In this document: in pieces, positions 8,183 to 16,734 of the stretch
How positions within the stretch are numbered: the stretch's first letter is position 1
Layout of the letters: the number at the start of each line of letters is the position of its first letter
DNA from: an uncultured virus (IMG/VR IMGVR_UViG_3300031998_000082)
Taxonomy: Duplodnaviria > Heunggongvirae > Uroviricota > Caudoviricetes
Length of the DNA: 20,000 nucleotides
IMG/VR virus record: IMGVR_UViG_3300031998_000082
Reading direction: 5' to 3' (one strand)
Made by a program: the position numbers and the translations under genes
Notes under the pieces: generated by a model
What the model was told of the DNA's origin: nothing
Seen by the model: the letters and a program-made list of their open reading frames with translations, nothing else
The model's database searches: none

Positions 8183-8261
8183 AATTTTTTCAAAAAAGTT
8201 GTTGACAAATACAAAAACGTGTTGTATAATGTTCTTGTCAGTTGAGATGAGACACTTGAAA
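8181..8261 (+). promoter_or_regulatory. Consensus promoter P2 (repeat copy 2)
   Basis: TTGACA 8202-8207, 17-bp spacer with AAACGTGTT, TATAAT 8225-8230. The leader TTGTCAG.TGAGATGAGACACTTGAAA is shared with P4. Confidence 0.93.
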
Positions 8262-8285
8262 AATTCGTAAGCATCGAAAGGAGAA

Positions 8286-8507
8286 ATGATTATGGTATTA
8301 ACAAACATTCTTTCAGTTATTGTTGGTTGGGAGCAGATTCGCATTGAAGATACAAATGGCAATTTGATTTATGAAGGAGCTTGTGCAAACTTCAGAGCTA
8401 CAACAGACCCCGATGAGCTTTACAAGACCCTTACCCGCACAGTTGAGCGTGTAATCAGTTTTACAGATGACAATGACAATTCATACATCAGCATCACCAT
8501 CGCGTGA
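8286..8507 (+). CDS. Hypothetical small acidic protein (~71-73 aa)
   Basis: RBS GAAAGGAG; first gene after P2. The start may be 8286 or 8292. Confidence 0.8.
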   Translation: MIMVLTNILSVIVGWEQIRIEDTNGNLIYEGACANFRATTDPDELYKTLTRTVERVISFTDDNDNSYISITIA

Positions 8508-8521
8508 AAGGAGGAAAGCTT

Positions 8522-9130
8522 ATGAATAAAGAAATCAGAGATTTTGAAGATGTAAGGCGTTCACTTCTTGACAGCATTGAGACAGCAAAGCTTGAGAAAG
8601 AGCTTTGGTCAAAAGTCAAGGTTCTGAAGAAGAAAGATGGTTCAGATTTTGCTTCAAGAGCAAAGAGTTTCAAGAATGCGAATTATGGGTGTGAGAGATA
8701 TTCAGATGACCACCATCCGGTACTTACTGTGAGTGGTAGAAACAGTCGTGGTGTGAATTGTAGTTATACGATTTGGGCTTACATCAATGTTACTGATTTA
8801 CCGAAAGATGACCCGCGCAGAGAGAAAGCAGATAAACCCTATTACAGTTGTACGATTCCCACTTATCTATACACGCCTGATGAGCTTTTTGAACAGATAA
8901 AGAAGCGTATTAGCCAGCTTGATTATCTGATTGTATCACTTGAAAAACAGCTTGAAATGAGTAAAACACTTTATAATGAGCTTGTTGATGCAGTTAAGAA
9001 GTCGCTGGAATGTATCAAGAATCAATGCAAAGAATTTAGGGAAGATGATAAAAAATACCCGTGTTCTTTAGAGTACAATCTTGGATATGTACTTGAAAAC
9101 AATATACTACAGTGGTTAATTTGGAGATGA
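8522..9130 (+). CDS. Hypothetical protein (202 aa)
   Basis: RBS AAGGAGG before ATG 8522 (MNKEIRD); the C-terminal part looks helical or coiled-coil. Confidence 0.85.
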   Translation: MNKEIRDFEDVRRSLLDSIETAKLEKELWSKVKVLKKKDGSDFASRAKSFKNANYGCERYSDDHHPVLTVSGRNSRGVNCSYTIWAYINVTDLPKDDPRREKADKPYYSCTIPTYLYTPDELFEQIKKRISQLDYLIVSLEKQLEMSKTLYNELVDAVKKSLECIKNQCKEFREDDKKYPCSLEYNLGYVLENNILQWLIWR

Positions 9131-9131
9131 C

Positions 9132-9467
9132 ATGAACAAAAGACCTACGAGATTTTATAGCAACCGTCAAGAAAAGGCGGTTGCTAAAGTTATCAAAGGA
9201 AAGCAGACAGCAAACAGCGGAGCTACAGAGTTTAAAAAGGGCGATGTTACGACAGAAGATTGGCTGATAGAATGCAAGACAGCAACGACAGAAAAAGTAT
9301 CATTCAGCATCAAACGTGATTGGCTTGATAAGAACAAGGAAGAAGCATTCGCAATGAATAAAAGCTATAATGCTTTATGTTTTGACTTTGGTGATAATGG
9401 CAGTCGCTATTACATCATAGATGAAAAGACTTTTAAGGAGGTATTACAATGGACGCAACACAATTAA
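9132..9467 (+). CDS. PD-(D/E)XK nuclease, Holliday-junction-resolvase-like
   Basis: QEKAVAK...NSGA....KGDV....WLIECKT pattern typical of small phage Hjc-like resolvases. Confidence 0.75.
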   Translation: MNKRPTRFYSNRQEKAVAKVIKGKQTANSGATEFKKGDVTTEDWLIECKTATTEKVSFSIKRDWLDKNKEEAFAMNKSYNALCFDFGDNGSRYYIIDEKTFKEVLQWTQHN

Positions 9468-9673
9468 GCATCATTAAGCAGAAACTTGAAGATGGCGAGA
9501 GAGTCACAAGTATGGAAGCTTTTGACTTAGGCATCACAAGACTTTCGGCAATCATTCATGTGTTGAGACATCATCACGGAATGAATATTCTGACCAATAT
9601 GTGTACTACGATAAATCGTTATGGACATGTAACTAATTACGCTGAATACGCACTTGTAGGAAAGGGGAAATGA
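9449..9673 (+). CDS. Winged helix-turn-helix DNA-binding protein
   Basis: L..G..VTSMEAF.LGITRLSAII..LR..G..I.T...V..YA.Y.L pattern; RBS AAGGAGGT. Confidence 0.8.
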   Translation: MDATQLSIIKQKLEDGERVTSMEAFDLGITRLSAIIHVLRHHHGMNILTNMCTTINRYGHVTNYAEYALVGKGK

Positions 9674-9676
9674 TAC

Positions 9677-9880
9677 ATGTACAAAGTTATGAAAGCATGT
9701 TTATTGATTATCAAGATAGTGCTTGTTGTAGGATTTATATTCGGATTGATTTGTTTCTTTTCTGAGACATCTGAAGCGAGTGGACTTACATCACAGATTA
9801 AATTGTGGATTACTGGTATAGTCATCTGTTTAGGGTGTGGATTAGCTTTAGCATTTATCAAGTATGAGGAGGAAAAATGA
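9677..9880 (+). CDS. Small membrane protein (two predicted TM helices)
   Basis: Two hydrophobic runs: LLIIKIVLVVGFIFGLICFF and LWITGIVICLGCGLALAFI. Confidence 0.75.
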   Translation: MYKVMKACLLIIKIVLVVGFIFGLICFFSETSEASGLTSQIKLWITGIVICLGCGLALAFIKYEEEK

Positions 9881-11064
9881 TATCGTTAGCAGTAAAATAT
9901 AGACCTAAGTCATTTGATGACGTAACAGAGCAGGAGAGCACCAAAGTGATTTTGAAGCAACAGTTGGAGAGCAATGAAGTAGAACATGCATATTTATTTT
10001 GTGGTGGAGCTGGTACAGGTAAAACAACATGTGCGCGTATTTTTGCATCAGAGATAAATAAAGGCAAAGGCAATCCTATTGAGATGGATGCCGCGTCAAA
10101 TAGTAGCGTGGAAGATGTAAGAAACATCATTCAGCAAGCAAAGACAAAGAGTCTGGACAGTGAGTATAAAGTGTTTATTATAGATGAGTGCCACGCAATC
10201 AGTTTAATGGGCTGGCAAGCTTTTCTGAAGCTTCTTGAAGAGCCACCTGCTAAGAGCATTTTTATATTCTGTACAACAGACCCACAGAAAATACCCAAGA
10301 CGATTCTTTCAAGGGTGCAGAGATATGACTTTCAGAGAATAAGTCAGCACGGTATTGTATCACGCTTGGAATATATACTTAACTGTGAGATGGCAGATTT
10401 TGATAATTTTTCAGACTTTACATTTACAAAAGATTTTGCAAATAATTGGAAATCAGGAGATGTTGTCAAGTGTGAGAAGAAATCAGATGGCATATTGGTT
10501 GATAGTGTTGCATTGGTAGACAGCATTAAGTTATTGAAACATGGTCATTTCAATTTTAGTATTAAGTATGACTCCGATGCCCTTGAGTATATAGCCAAGA
10601 TAGCGGATGGTGGAATGCGTGATGCAATCACACTAATGGATAAAGCTTTATCATACAGTATGAATCTGACACTTGAAAATGTTGTGAAAGCACTTGGTGT
10701 TACAAACTATGATACTATGTTTCAGTTGACAGATAAGCTGGTGTATGGTGATACTATGGCGATGTGGTCAATCATAGACGATATACACGCAAAGGGCAAA
10801 GATTTAAAGCGATTTATCAAGAGCTATGTGCAGTTTTTACTTGATGTCAACAAATACGCGCTTGGCTGTGATTGGAAGCAGATGTCAATACCAAGACTTG
10901 GTGAGTATGAGAAGAGACTTGATAAGTGGTTAAAAGATAACGACATCTTTACGGATTTGCTGAATGAGATTGTAAAGATTGATAATGATATCAAGTATAG
11001 TTCCGCACCTAAATACGACATAGAAGCAAGATTACTGCTTTGGATAGAGGGAGGCAAAGAATGA
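9877..11064 (+). CDS. dnaX: Clamp loader ATPase, DNA Pol III gamma/tau-like
   Basis: LAVKYRPKSFDDV, HAYLFCG, Walker A GGAGTGKTT, EMDAAS, Walker B IIDECH, LLKLLEEPP-like FLKLLEEPP, TILSRVQ, GGMRDA. Confidence 0.95.
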   Translation: MISLAVKYRPKSFDDVTEQESTKVILKQQLESNEVEHAYLFCGGAGTGKTTCARIFASEINKGKGNPIEMDAASNSSVEDVRNIIQQAKTKSLDSEYKVFIIDECHAISLMGWQAFLKLLEEPPAKSIFIFCTTDPQKIPKTILSRVQRYDFQRISQHGIVSRLEYILNCEMADFDNFSDFTFTKDFANNWKSGDVVKCEKKSDGILVDSVALVDSIKLLKHGHFNFSIKYDSDALEYIAKIADGGMRDAITLMDKALSYSMNLTLENVVKALGVTNYDTMFQLTDKLVYGDTMAMWSIIDDIHAKGKDLKRFIKSYVQFLLDVNKYALGCDWKQMSIPRLGEYEKRLDKWLKDNDIFTDLLNEIVKIDNDIKYSSAPKYDIEARLLLWIEGGKE

Positions 11065-11894
11065 CAGGTCAGAAGAGATTACAAGATATATTTAAGATGC
11101 TTATACACAACAGCGATTTTCCAAGATTTTGCATCTTAACAGGACAGGTAGGAAGTGGTAAAAAGACAATGTGCGATTGGATAGTCGATGAGTTCAGAAA
11201 ATGCAATCCGTCAATCACATCATATAAGCTTCCTGATGTCAAGATAGATACTATACGAGAGATGATAGCTACGAGCTATCGCGCAGTGAATCCAATTATC
11301 TACATAATCGCAGATGCGGATACAATGTCAGTACAAGCTAAAAATTCACTATTGAAGATAACGGAAGAACCACCAAATAACGCTTATTTTGTTATGACGC
11401 TGGAAAGCACGGAAATGACTTTAGAGACAGTTAAGAGTCGAGCATCGATATTTCAGTTAGACCCATATACTTCCGACGAAATTAGAGCATATTCCAAGCG
11501 TTTGGGAGTATCTAAAGCAGATGAGCTTGGCATGATTTGTGATATATGCGATGTTCCGGGAGATGTCGAGCATATGCTGATATATGGAGTTAAGGATTTT
11601 TATGGGTATGTCAATAAGGTCATTGACAACATTGATACAGCTGATGGAGCAAATGTTTTTAAAGCATCTGTCAAGTTAGCTTTACGAGACGATGAAGGAT
11701 ATGATGTAAAACTGTTTTTACGAGCATTTATGGCAGTGTGTGCGGAGCGTATGAAGAAAGAGAATCCGCTTAAATATGCGACAGGTACATCAATCACAAG
11801 TAAGTACATGAGTCAGCTTGGCATTAGAGGTGTATCAAAGTCAATGTTGATTGATGCTTGGATAATCGAAATGCGAAGATATTGGACGAGGTGA
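11061..11894 (+). CDS. holB: Clamp loader delta'-like subunit
   Basis: Degenerate P-loop GQVGSGKKT, KIDTIRE, ADTMSVQAKNSLLKITEEPP, TVKSRA. ATGA overlap with dnaX and RBS GGAGG; start revised to 11061. Confidence 0.88.
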   Translation: MTGQKRLQDIFKMLIHNSDFPRFCILTGQVGSGKKTMCDWIVDEFRKCNPSITSYKLPDVKIDTIREMIATSYRAVNPIIYIIADADTMSVQAKNSLLKITEEPPNNAYFVMTLESTEMTLETVKSRASIFQLDPYTSDEIRAYSKRLGVSKADELGMICDICDVPGDVEHMLIYGVKDFYGYVNKVIDNIDTADGANVFKASVKLALRDDEGYDVKLFLRAFMAVCAERMKKENPLKYATGTSITSKYMSQLGIRGVSKSMLIDAWIIEMRRYWTR

Positions 11895-11899
11895 TGCAT

Positions 11900-12829
11900 A
11901 TGACACTTGCAGAGCTGAAAGCTGAAATGATGTCAGGTAGAATGCGTCAGATATACATTTTTACAGGCACCGAGATTGAAGTTAGAGGAATCTATCTAAA
12001 GCAGATAGCAAAGCTTGGCAAGTTTGAAATCAAATGGATTGATGAAGTTTCAGACATAATACAGTCAAGCAGAAAGAAATCCATGATAGCTTCAAAATCA
12101 TTATATGTTCTGTCTGAATCATCAGAGATTTTGAAAAATGATAAAGCACTTGAAGCAGTGCAGAGATGCATAGGAAAAAATATGCTTGTGTGCATGTTTA
12201 CAACGCTTGATAAGCGCGTTAAACTGTACAAGCAGTATAAAGATATCATCGTAGAATTTGAGACGCTTAAAAGCGAAATCCTGAAGAAATACATACAAAA
12301 GGAAATCGGTCTGTCAGATAAAAACTGTACGAGATTGATGGAGATATGTGAAAACGATTATGGTAGATGTCTTTTGGAGATTGATAAGATAAAGAGATTT
12401 CATATAGTCACAGAGCGATTATACGACCAGTCTTTTATATCATTACTTCAAGATGGAACGATATATCAGCCCGCCAAAGATGTTATCTTTGATTTTGTAG
12501 ATGCTGTAATGCAGAGAGATGCCTATACGGCATTTAAGCTGATGCAGGAAAGCTATGACAGCGGTGAAGCTACGTTGGTGATGATATCGAATCTATACAG
12601 CAACTTTAAAGCGACATTGCAGGTAAAATCGTGCAAAAGTCGAGACATCGCAAAGAGTACAGGATTAAACACTTGGCAGATAAACAACGCTAAAAAACAC
12701 ATAGGCAATTATTCTGTCAAAGAGCTAATCAATGCAATGCAGATTATACGCAATGCAGAGGTTGGTATAAAGTCAGGATTGATTGATGAAGAGGTAGCAG
12801 TACCACAGATTTTAGTAAATATTTTATGA
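11900..12829 (+). CDS. holA: Clamp loader delta-like subunit
   Basis: IYIFTGTE, LDKR.KLYK, LLEIDKI, IFDFVDAV, WQINNAKK, E..IKSG are HolA-like motifs. RBS GAGGTG; start revised to 11900. Confidence 0.85.
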   Translation: MTLAELKAEMMSGRMRQIYIFTGTEIEVRGIYLKQIAKLGKFEIKWIDEVSDIIQSSRKKSMIASKSLYVLSESSEILKNDKALEAVQRCIGKNMLVCMFTTLDKRVKLYKQYKDIIVEFETLKSEILKKYIQKEIGLSDKNCTRLMEICENDYGRCLLEIDKIKRFHIVTERLYDQSFISLLQDGTIYQPAKDVIFDFVDAVMQRDAYTAFKLMQESYDSGEATLVMISNLYSNFKATLQVKSCKSRDIAKSTGLNTWQINNAKKHIGNYSVKELINAMQIIRNAEVGIKSGLIDEEVAVPQILVNIL

Positions 12830-12837
12830 GGTGATAT

Positions 12838-13641
12838 ATGGCAAGAAATTTAAAAAATCTTGTAAAGCTTGTAAACAAAGCTACGGAGCAGATGCCAATA
12901 GAAAAAGCATTCTTGCAGGACTTAAAGCGTAGCATAGAGCTTACAGCAAGTAAAAACAGAGGTTCGGGCAGTAGAACATATAAGCCGAGCGCGATGCATT
13001 GCATACGACAGATGGCTTATATCATTTATGGAAAGCCTGTAGATGAAACACCTGAATCTTATATGAGTATAGGAATATGCAATTCTGGAACAGATACACA
13101 TCAAAGAATACAGCAGGCAGTGCTTGATATGAAAAGTAATGGCATGGACTGTGAGTATATCAATGTTGCCGACTTTGTGAAAAGCAGAAATCTTGATTAT
13201 TTGGAAATTAAACAGGAGCCGGATTTTGAGCATGGTTCATACGAGACAAAGCTTTATCACAAAGAGCTTAACATGAGCTTTTTATGTGATGGTATAATCA
13301 AGTATATGGGTAAGTATTATATACTTGAGCTGAAAACAGAGAACGCGAACAAGTTCTATAACCGCGAGAATGTGAATCCTGACCACTTCAATCAAGGAAT
13401 AGCTTATTCAATCGCGTTGGGAATCGATGATGTTGTCTTTGTTTATATCAACAGAGACACATCGGATATGAAGTCGTTTATGTTTACGCCAACTGATGAT
13501 ATGAAGCAGGACCTTGTTGGTTTAATATCAAACTGTGACAGCTATATCAAGAAGCTTAAAATACCGCCTAAGCCTTTGAATATCAGCAAGAAAGCTTGTG
13601 AGTATTGTGGATTTAAAACACAGTGCAGAAAGGACGGATAA
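12838..13641 (+). CDS. Cas4-like/RecB-family PD-(D/E)XK exonuclease with a probable Fe-S cluster
   Basis: PSAMHCIRQ, GTDTH, CDGII...ILELKT, QGIAY, C-terminal CEYCGFKTQC. Confidence 0.85.
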   Translation: MARNLKNLVKLVNKATEQMPIEKAFLQDLKRSIELTASKNRGSGSRTYKPSAMHCIRQMAYIIYGKPVDETPESYMSIGICNSGTDTHQRIQQAVLDMKSNGMDCEYINVADFVKSRNLDYLEIKQEPDFEHGSYETKLYHKELNMSFLCDGIIKYMGKYYILELKTENANKFYNRENVNPDHFNQGIAYSIALGIDDVVFVYINRDTSDMKSFMFTPTDDMKQDLVGLISNCDSYIKKLKIPPKPLNISKKACEYCGFKTQCRKDG

Positions 13642-14195
13642 TGGCAGTAAACAGGGGCAAGCAGTTTGAAAGCAAAATCAGAGAAGCATTTGAGAAAGTT
13701 GACGGAGTCAGCATTGACAGACTACATGACCAGACAAATGGTTACCTGGGAAGTTCAAATATCTGTGATTTTATCGTGTACCGAAAGCCGTTCGAGTATT
13801 ACTTTGAGTGTAAGAGTGTACATGGAAACACTTTGAGCATTCACAGTATTCCGAAAGCAGATAAACATGGTGTGTTGCATGGCTTTTATGGAAATATCAC
13901 AGATACACAGTGGGAAGGGTTGCTTGAGAAGTCAAAGATAGCGGGAGTTACAGCAGGAGTTATATGTTGGTGGGTTGACAAAGATGTTACAATGTTTTTG
14001 AGCATTCACTTGTTAAAGTATCTGTATGATTCTGGATTTAAGAGTATTCCATACAATCTCATTGAACAGGCACCAACGATTGACCTATACTTGAATCGAA
14101 GTGCCATTGAGATATCTGGGAAAAAGAAACGTGTATTTTTTGAGTATGATGTGGAACAATTTTTAAAGGAGGTGACTACTACATGTCAAAAATAA
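13641..14195 (+). CDS. recU: RecU-like Holliday junction resolvase
   Basis: NRGKQFE, CDFIVY, FECKS, ITDTQ...L motifs. TAATG coupling; start revised to 13641. Confidence 0.8.
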   Translation: MAVNRGKQFESKIREAFEKVDGVSIDRLHDQTNGYLGSSNICDFIVYRKPFEYYFECKSVHGNTLSIHSIPKADKHGVLHGFYGNITDTQWEGLLEKSKIAGVTAGVICWWVDKDVTMFLSIHLLKYLYDSGFKSIPYNLIEQAPTIDLYLNRSAIEISGKKKRVFFEYDVEQFLKEVTTTCQK

Positions 14196-14713
14196 ATCTC
14201 TATGATGAGATTAAATTGGACAAGTTGAAGGATATACAACTTCATGTTGAAAACAGTTCTAAGCAACTTAATGACATTGTAGACAGCATAATCAAGCCAT
14301 ATTGTAAGGATTTAGATGATTATGTGCTTTTTATCAAGGATTGTCTTGCAGATGGACAAAATCCACCTACAGATGCGGAGCTGGATGATTTTTGCATGAA
14401 TCTTTCAACATACATCTACTTTGCAGGAGGTATGGTAGAACAGCTTGGAATCAGAGATGATATCGCAAGAGCTGTATATAAGGAGATGTATCATGCCACA
14501 AGAGCATCGCAAGACAAAGGCACTGTAGCTGATAAAGACAGCATTGCCGAGCTTAACAGTCAGCAAGAGCTATTAACGAGCATATGCTATACAAGAGCGT
14601 GGAAAACAATGAAGTCGAAAGTGGAGAACGCGCAAGAGCTTTTACAGAGCTGTAAAAAGGTTCTTACAAGACGTATGACAGAGATGGAACTTACAAGAAT
14701 GGGAGGAAACTGA
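14183..14713 (+). CDS. Alpha-helical hypothetical protein (possible recombination mediator)
   Basis: RBS AAGGAGGT; coiled-coil character; located between recU and recA. Function inferred from context only. Confidence 0.7.
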   Translation: MSKINLYDEIKLDKLKDIQLHVENSSKQLNDIVDSIIKPYCKDLDDYVLFIKDCLADGQNPPTDAELDDFCMNLSTYIYFAGGMVEQLGIRDDIARAVYKEMYHATRASQDKGTVADKDSIAELNSQQELLTSICYTRAWKTMKSKVENAQELLQSCKKVLTRRMTEMELTRMGGN

Positions 14714-14916
14714 TGGTAAGTTATACACACGCAAAGGGCGGATATAGTTTTGTTCCTACAGATGTTGGAAATAAGATAGGTAGAATAAGGTCAAAATACT
14801 TACCTAATCATCCGATGTACAAAGAAAATTATCAATTCTGTGTTCCTACAGCATGGATTAAAAATGGCTGGGTTACAGAAAAATCACGGGAGGAAATCTA
14901 TGGGAAAAAAGCTTGA
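14713..14916 (+). CDS. Hypothetical protein (67 aa)
   Basis: TGATG coupling and RBS GGAGG. Confidence 0.75.
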   Translation: MVSYTHAKGGYSFVPTDVGNKIGRIRSKYLPNHPMYKENYQFCVPTAWIKNGWVTEKSREEIYGKKA

Positions 14917-15949
14917 TGAGCTTATAAAGAGTATTAACAAAGAGCAAAAAGAAGAAATCATGACCAAGGGACTCACTAATTATGAGCAGTTTAAGCGCAT
15001 TCCGTTTACGAGTCCAAGAATGAATTATTGCACATATGGTGGTATACCTGAAGGCAGACTTATTGAGTTTTACGGCGAAGAAAGCGGAGGCAAGACTACA
15101 TCAGCTTTGGACATTGTAGCAAACTTTCAGAACATGTATCCTGACAAAGATGTGCTGTGGGTAGATTCTGAGAACACATTTGATGTAGAGTGGGCAACAA
15201 AGCTTGGTGTTGATGTAGACCGATTGTATATCATACAGCCAAAGTCACAGTCAGCTGAGGAGATATTTCAGATAGTGCTTGCTATGATAGAGAGCGGAGA
15301 GGTAGGATTAGCTGTTATAGACAGCTTGGCCGCTTTGATGTCAAAGCAGGAAATCGAGAAGGAAATCGGAGATGCTACATATGCAGGTATCGCAGGACCG
15401 CTTACGAAATTCAGCAAGAAAGCAGAAGTGGCTTGTCATAAGTATCACTGTACGCTTATTGGAATCAATCAGGAGCGAGAAGATTTAAAGAGTCAGTGGG
15501 GTGGATTAAAGACTCCGGGTGGAAAGTGCTGGAAATTCATGTGTACTATGCGCCTGCACTTCAGCAAAGGCCAGTACATAGACGATAAAGGCAATCAGCT
15601 TACAAGAGGAGCAGAGAATCCATATGGAAATATCGTGCAGATGAGCATCACTAAGACAAAATCATGTCCACCGTCACGCAGAACAGGCTTCTATACGCTG
15701 ACTTACTCTGACGGAATCGATTACGTGCATGACCTCATAGATGTAGCGATAAAATACGGTATTGTCGAGAAGTCGGGAGCATGGTATAAGATTGTTGATA
15801 TCGAGAGTGGTGAAGTTATTAATGACAGTTTGCAGGGCATGAGCAAGGTAAAAGATGCTTTGAGCTGTGATGATAACTTGCTGAAGTATGTGGAAGAGCT
15901 TGTAGACCATGCAATGGATATTTCACTTGACAATGCAAGCATAAGTTGA
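14900..15949 (+). CDS. recA: RecA-family recombinase
   Basis: GGIPEGRLIEFYGEESGGKTT (Walker A), WVDSEN, VIDSLAAL (Walker B), INQERE, TPGG, IVEKSGAWY. RBS GGAGG; start revised to 14900. Confidence 0.95.
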   Translation: MGKKLDELIKSINKEQKEEIMTKGLTNYEQFKRIPFTSPRMNYCTYGGIPEGRLIEFYGEESGGKTTSALDIVANFQNMYPDKDVLWVDSENTFDVEWATKLGVDVDRLYIIQPKSQSAEEIFQIVLAMIESGEVGLAVIDSLAALMSKQEIEKEIGDATYAGIAGPLTKFSKKAEVACHKYHCTLIGINQEREDLKSQWGGLKTPGGKCWKFMCTMRLHFSKGQYIDDKGNQLTRGAENPYGNIVQMSITKTKSCPPSRRTGFYTLTYSDGIDYVHDLIDVAIKYGIVEKSGAWYKIVDIESGEVINDSLQGMSKVKDALSCDDNLLKYVEELVDHAMDISLDNASIS

Positions 15950-15955
15950 TATACT
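15927..15955 (+). promoter_or_regulatory. Sigma-A/70 promoter overlapping the recA 3' end
   Basis: TTGACA 15927-15932, 17-bp spacer, TATACT 15950-15955. Confidence 0.7.
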
Positions 15956-15961
15956 GTTAAT

Positions 15962-16061
15962 ACGTCAACAGACATTTTTACTTCATAGTGTAGCCCCATA
16001 CACATTTTTATCTTTACCCGGGAGAGGAAGTCGTTAGAAACAACGACTTCCTCTCTTTTTT
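15962..16061 (+). ncRNA. Candidate ~100-nt small RNA
   Basis: Bounded by the promoter at 15927-15955 and the terminator at 16022-16061. There is no ATG-initiated ORF or RBS. It contains a GTGTA-GCCCCA-TACAC hairpin and two ACATTTTTA repeats. Confidence 0.5.
16022..16061 (+). terminator. Intrinsic terminator
   Basis: Perfect 14-bp stem GAGAGGAAGTCGTT / AACGACTTCCTCTC with loop AGAAAC, followed by T6. Confidence 0.95.
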
Positions 16062-16082
16062 GTAAGAAATTTAAAATTCACC

Positions 16083-16140
16083 AAAAATTTTTTAAAAAAG
16101 TGTTGACAAATACAAAAACGTGTTATATAATGTTATTGTA
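16083..16140 (+). promoter_or_regulatory. Consensus promoter P3 (repeat copy 3)
   Basis: TTGACA 16103-16108, 17-bp spacer AATACAAAAACGTGTTA (nearly identical to P2), TATAAT 16126-16131. Confidence 0.93.
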
Positions 16141-16172
16141 AGCGAGAGAGATGAGAAAGCGAGGACAAAGAT

Positions 16173-16442
16173 ATGACGATTAAAGCGATTAAAGAGCAAT
16201 ACAAGAAATATCAAGTTTCTGGTGGTGAGTATAACAGTTTTGTTGTTTATGATTACAAAGATGGAAATGGCAAAATCGTGATAGTGGTAAACATGTGTAA
16301 GAGCTATGGAAAGTCAGTAACACAGGCAGTCAGAGTCAGCGATGGCAAAGAGATGATGAAGCGCGACAGATGCCGTCCTTGCGATAACTTAGATGATGCA
16401 ATCGATGTAGCTGGCGAGATGATGGAGAATTGGGAGGATTGA
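16173..16442 (+). CDS. Hypothetical small early protein (89 aa)
   Basis: RBS GAGGA; first gene after P3. Confidence 0.85.
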   Translation: MTIKAIKEQYKKYQVSGGEYNSFVVYDYKDGNGKIVIVVNMCKSYGKSVTQAVRVSDGKEMMKRDRCRPCDNLDDAIDVAGEMMENWED

Positions 16443-16445
16443 GAT

Positions 16446-16721
16446 ATGACAATTAAGATTAAAGATTGGATATACAAGAAGATTCAGAGCGATGCATTTA
16501 CAAAAGGTAAGACAATTATTTGGGAAAAGCTTCTTGATTACGATGATAAAGGTGAGGAAATCGAGCTTTTCAGCATTAAGGTTAATAGTGTTGTGAAAGA
16601 GACAGAAAAGGCAATTTGTTATGATTGCTGTTATTGGTATCACGGAACATACAGTCAGAGAGTCAATTTTACTGAGTACACTGGTTACAAAGTATGGATC
16701 CCTAAGTCAGCAATAGCTTGA
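16446..16721 (+). CDS. Hypothetical protein (91 aa)
   Basis: RBS GGAGG. KETEKAI...WIPKSAI is a motif recalled from small phage proteins of unknown function. Confidence 0.85.
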   Translation: MTIKIKDWIYKKIQSDAFTKGKTIIWEKLLDYDDKGEEIELFSIKVNSVVKETEKAICYDCCYWYHGTYSQRVNFTEYTGYKVWIPKSAIA

Positions 16722-16734
16722 AAGGAGAGCGCGT

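Noticed and set aside
9677..9880. Two-TM protein as a holin
   Set aside because: There is no adjacent endolysin, and it sits in the replication module.
10384..10560. DnaX insertion as an intein or intron
   Set aside because: At about 57 aa it is far shorter than known mini-inteins, has no His-Asn followed by Cys/Ser/Thr, and keeps the frame open with no evident intron structure.
12838..13641. Cas4-like gene as part of a CRISPR-Cas system
   Set aside because: There is no cas1/cas2 or array, and solo Cas4-like nucleases are common in phage replication modules.
14127..14134. AAACGTGT match to the promoter box inside recU
   Set aside because: It is a partial match in coding sequence with no flanking -35/-10, so probably chance.
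15940..15970. Minus-strand promoter (TTGACG) antisense to recA
   Set aside because: There is no acceptable -10 hexamer at 16-18 bp spacing.
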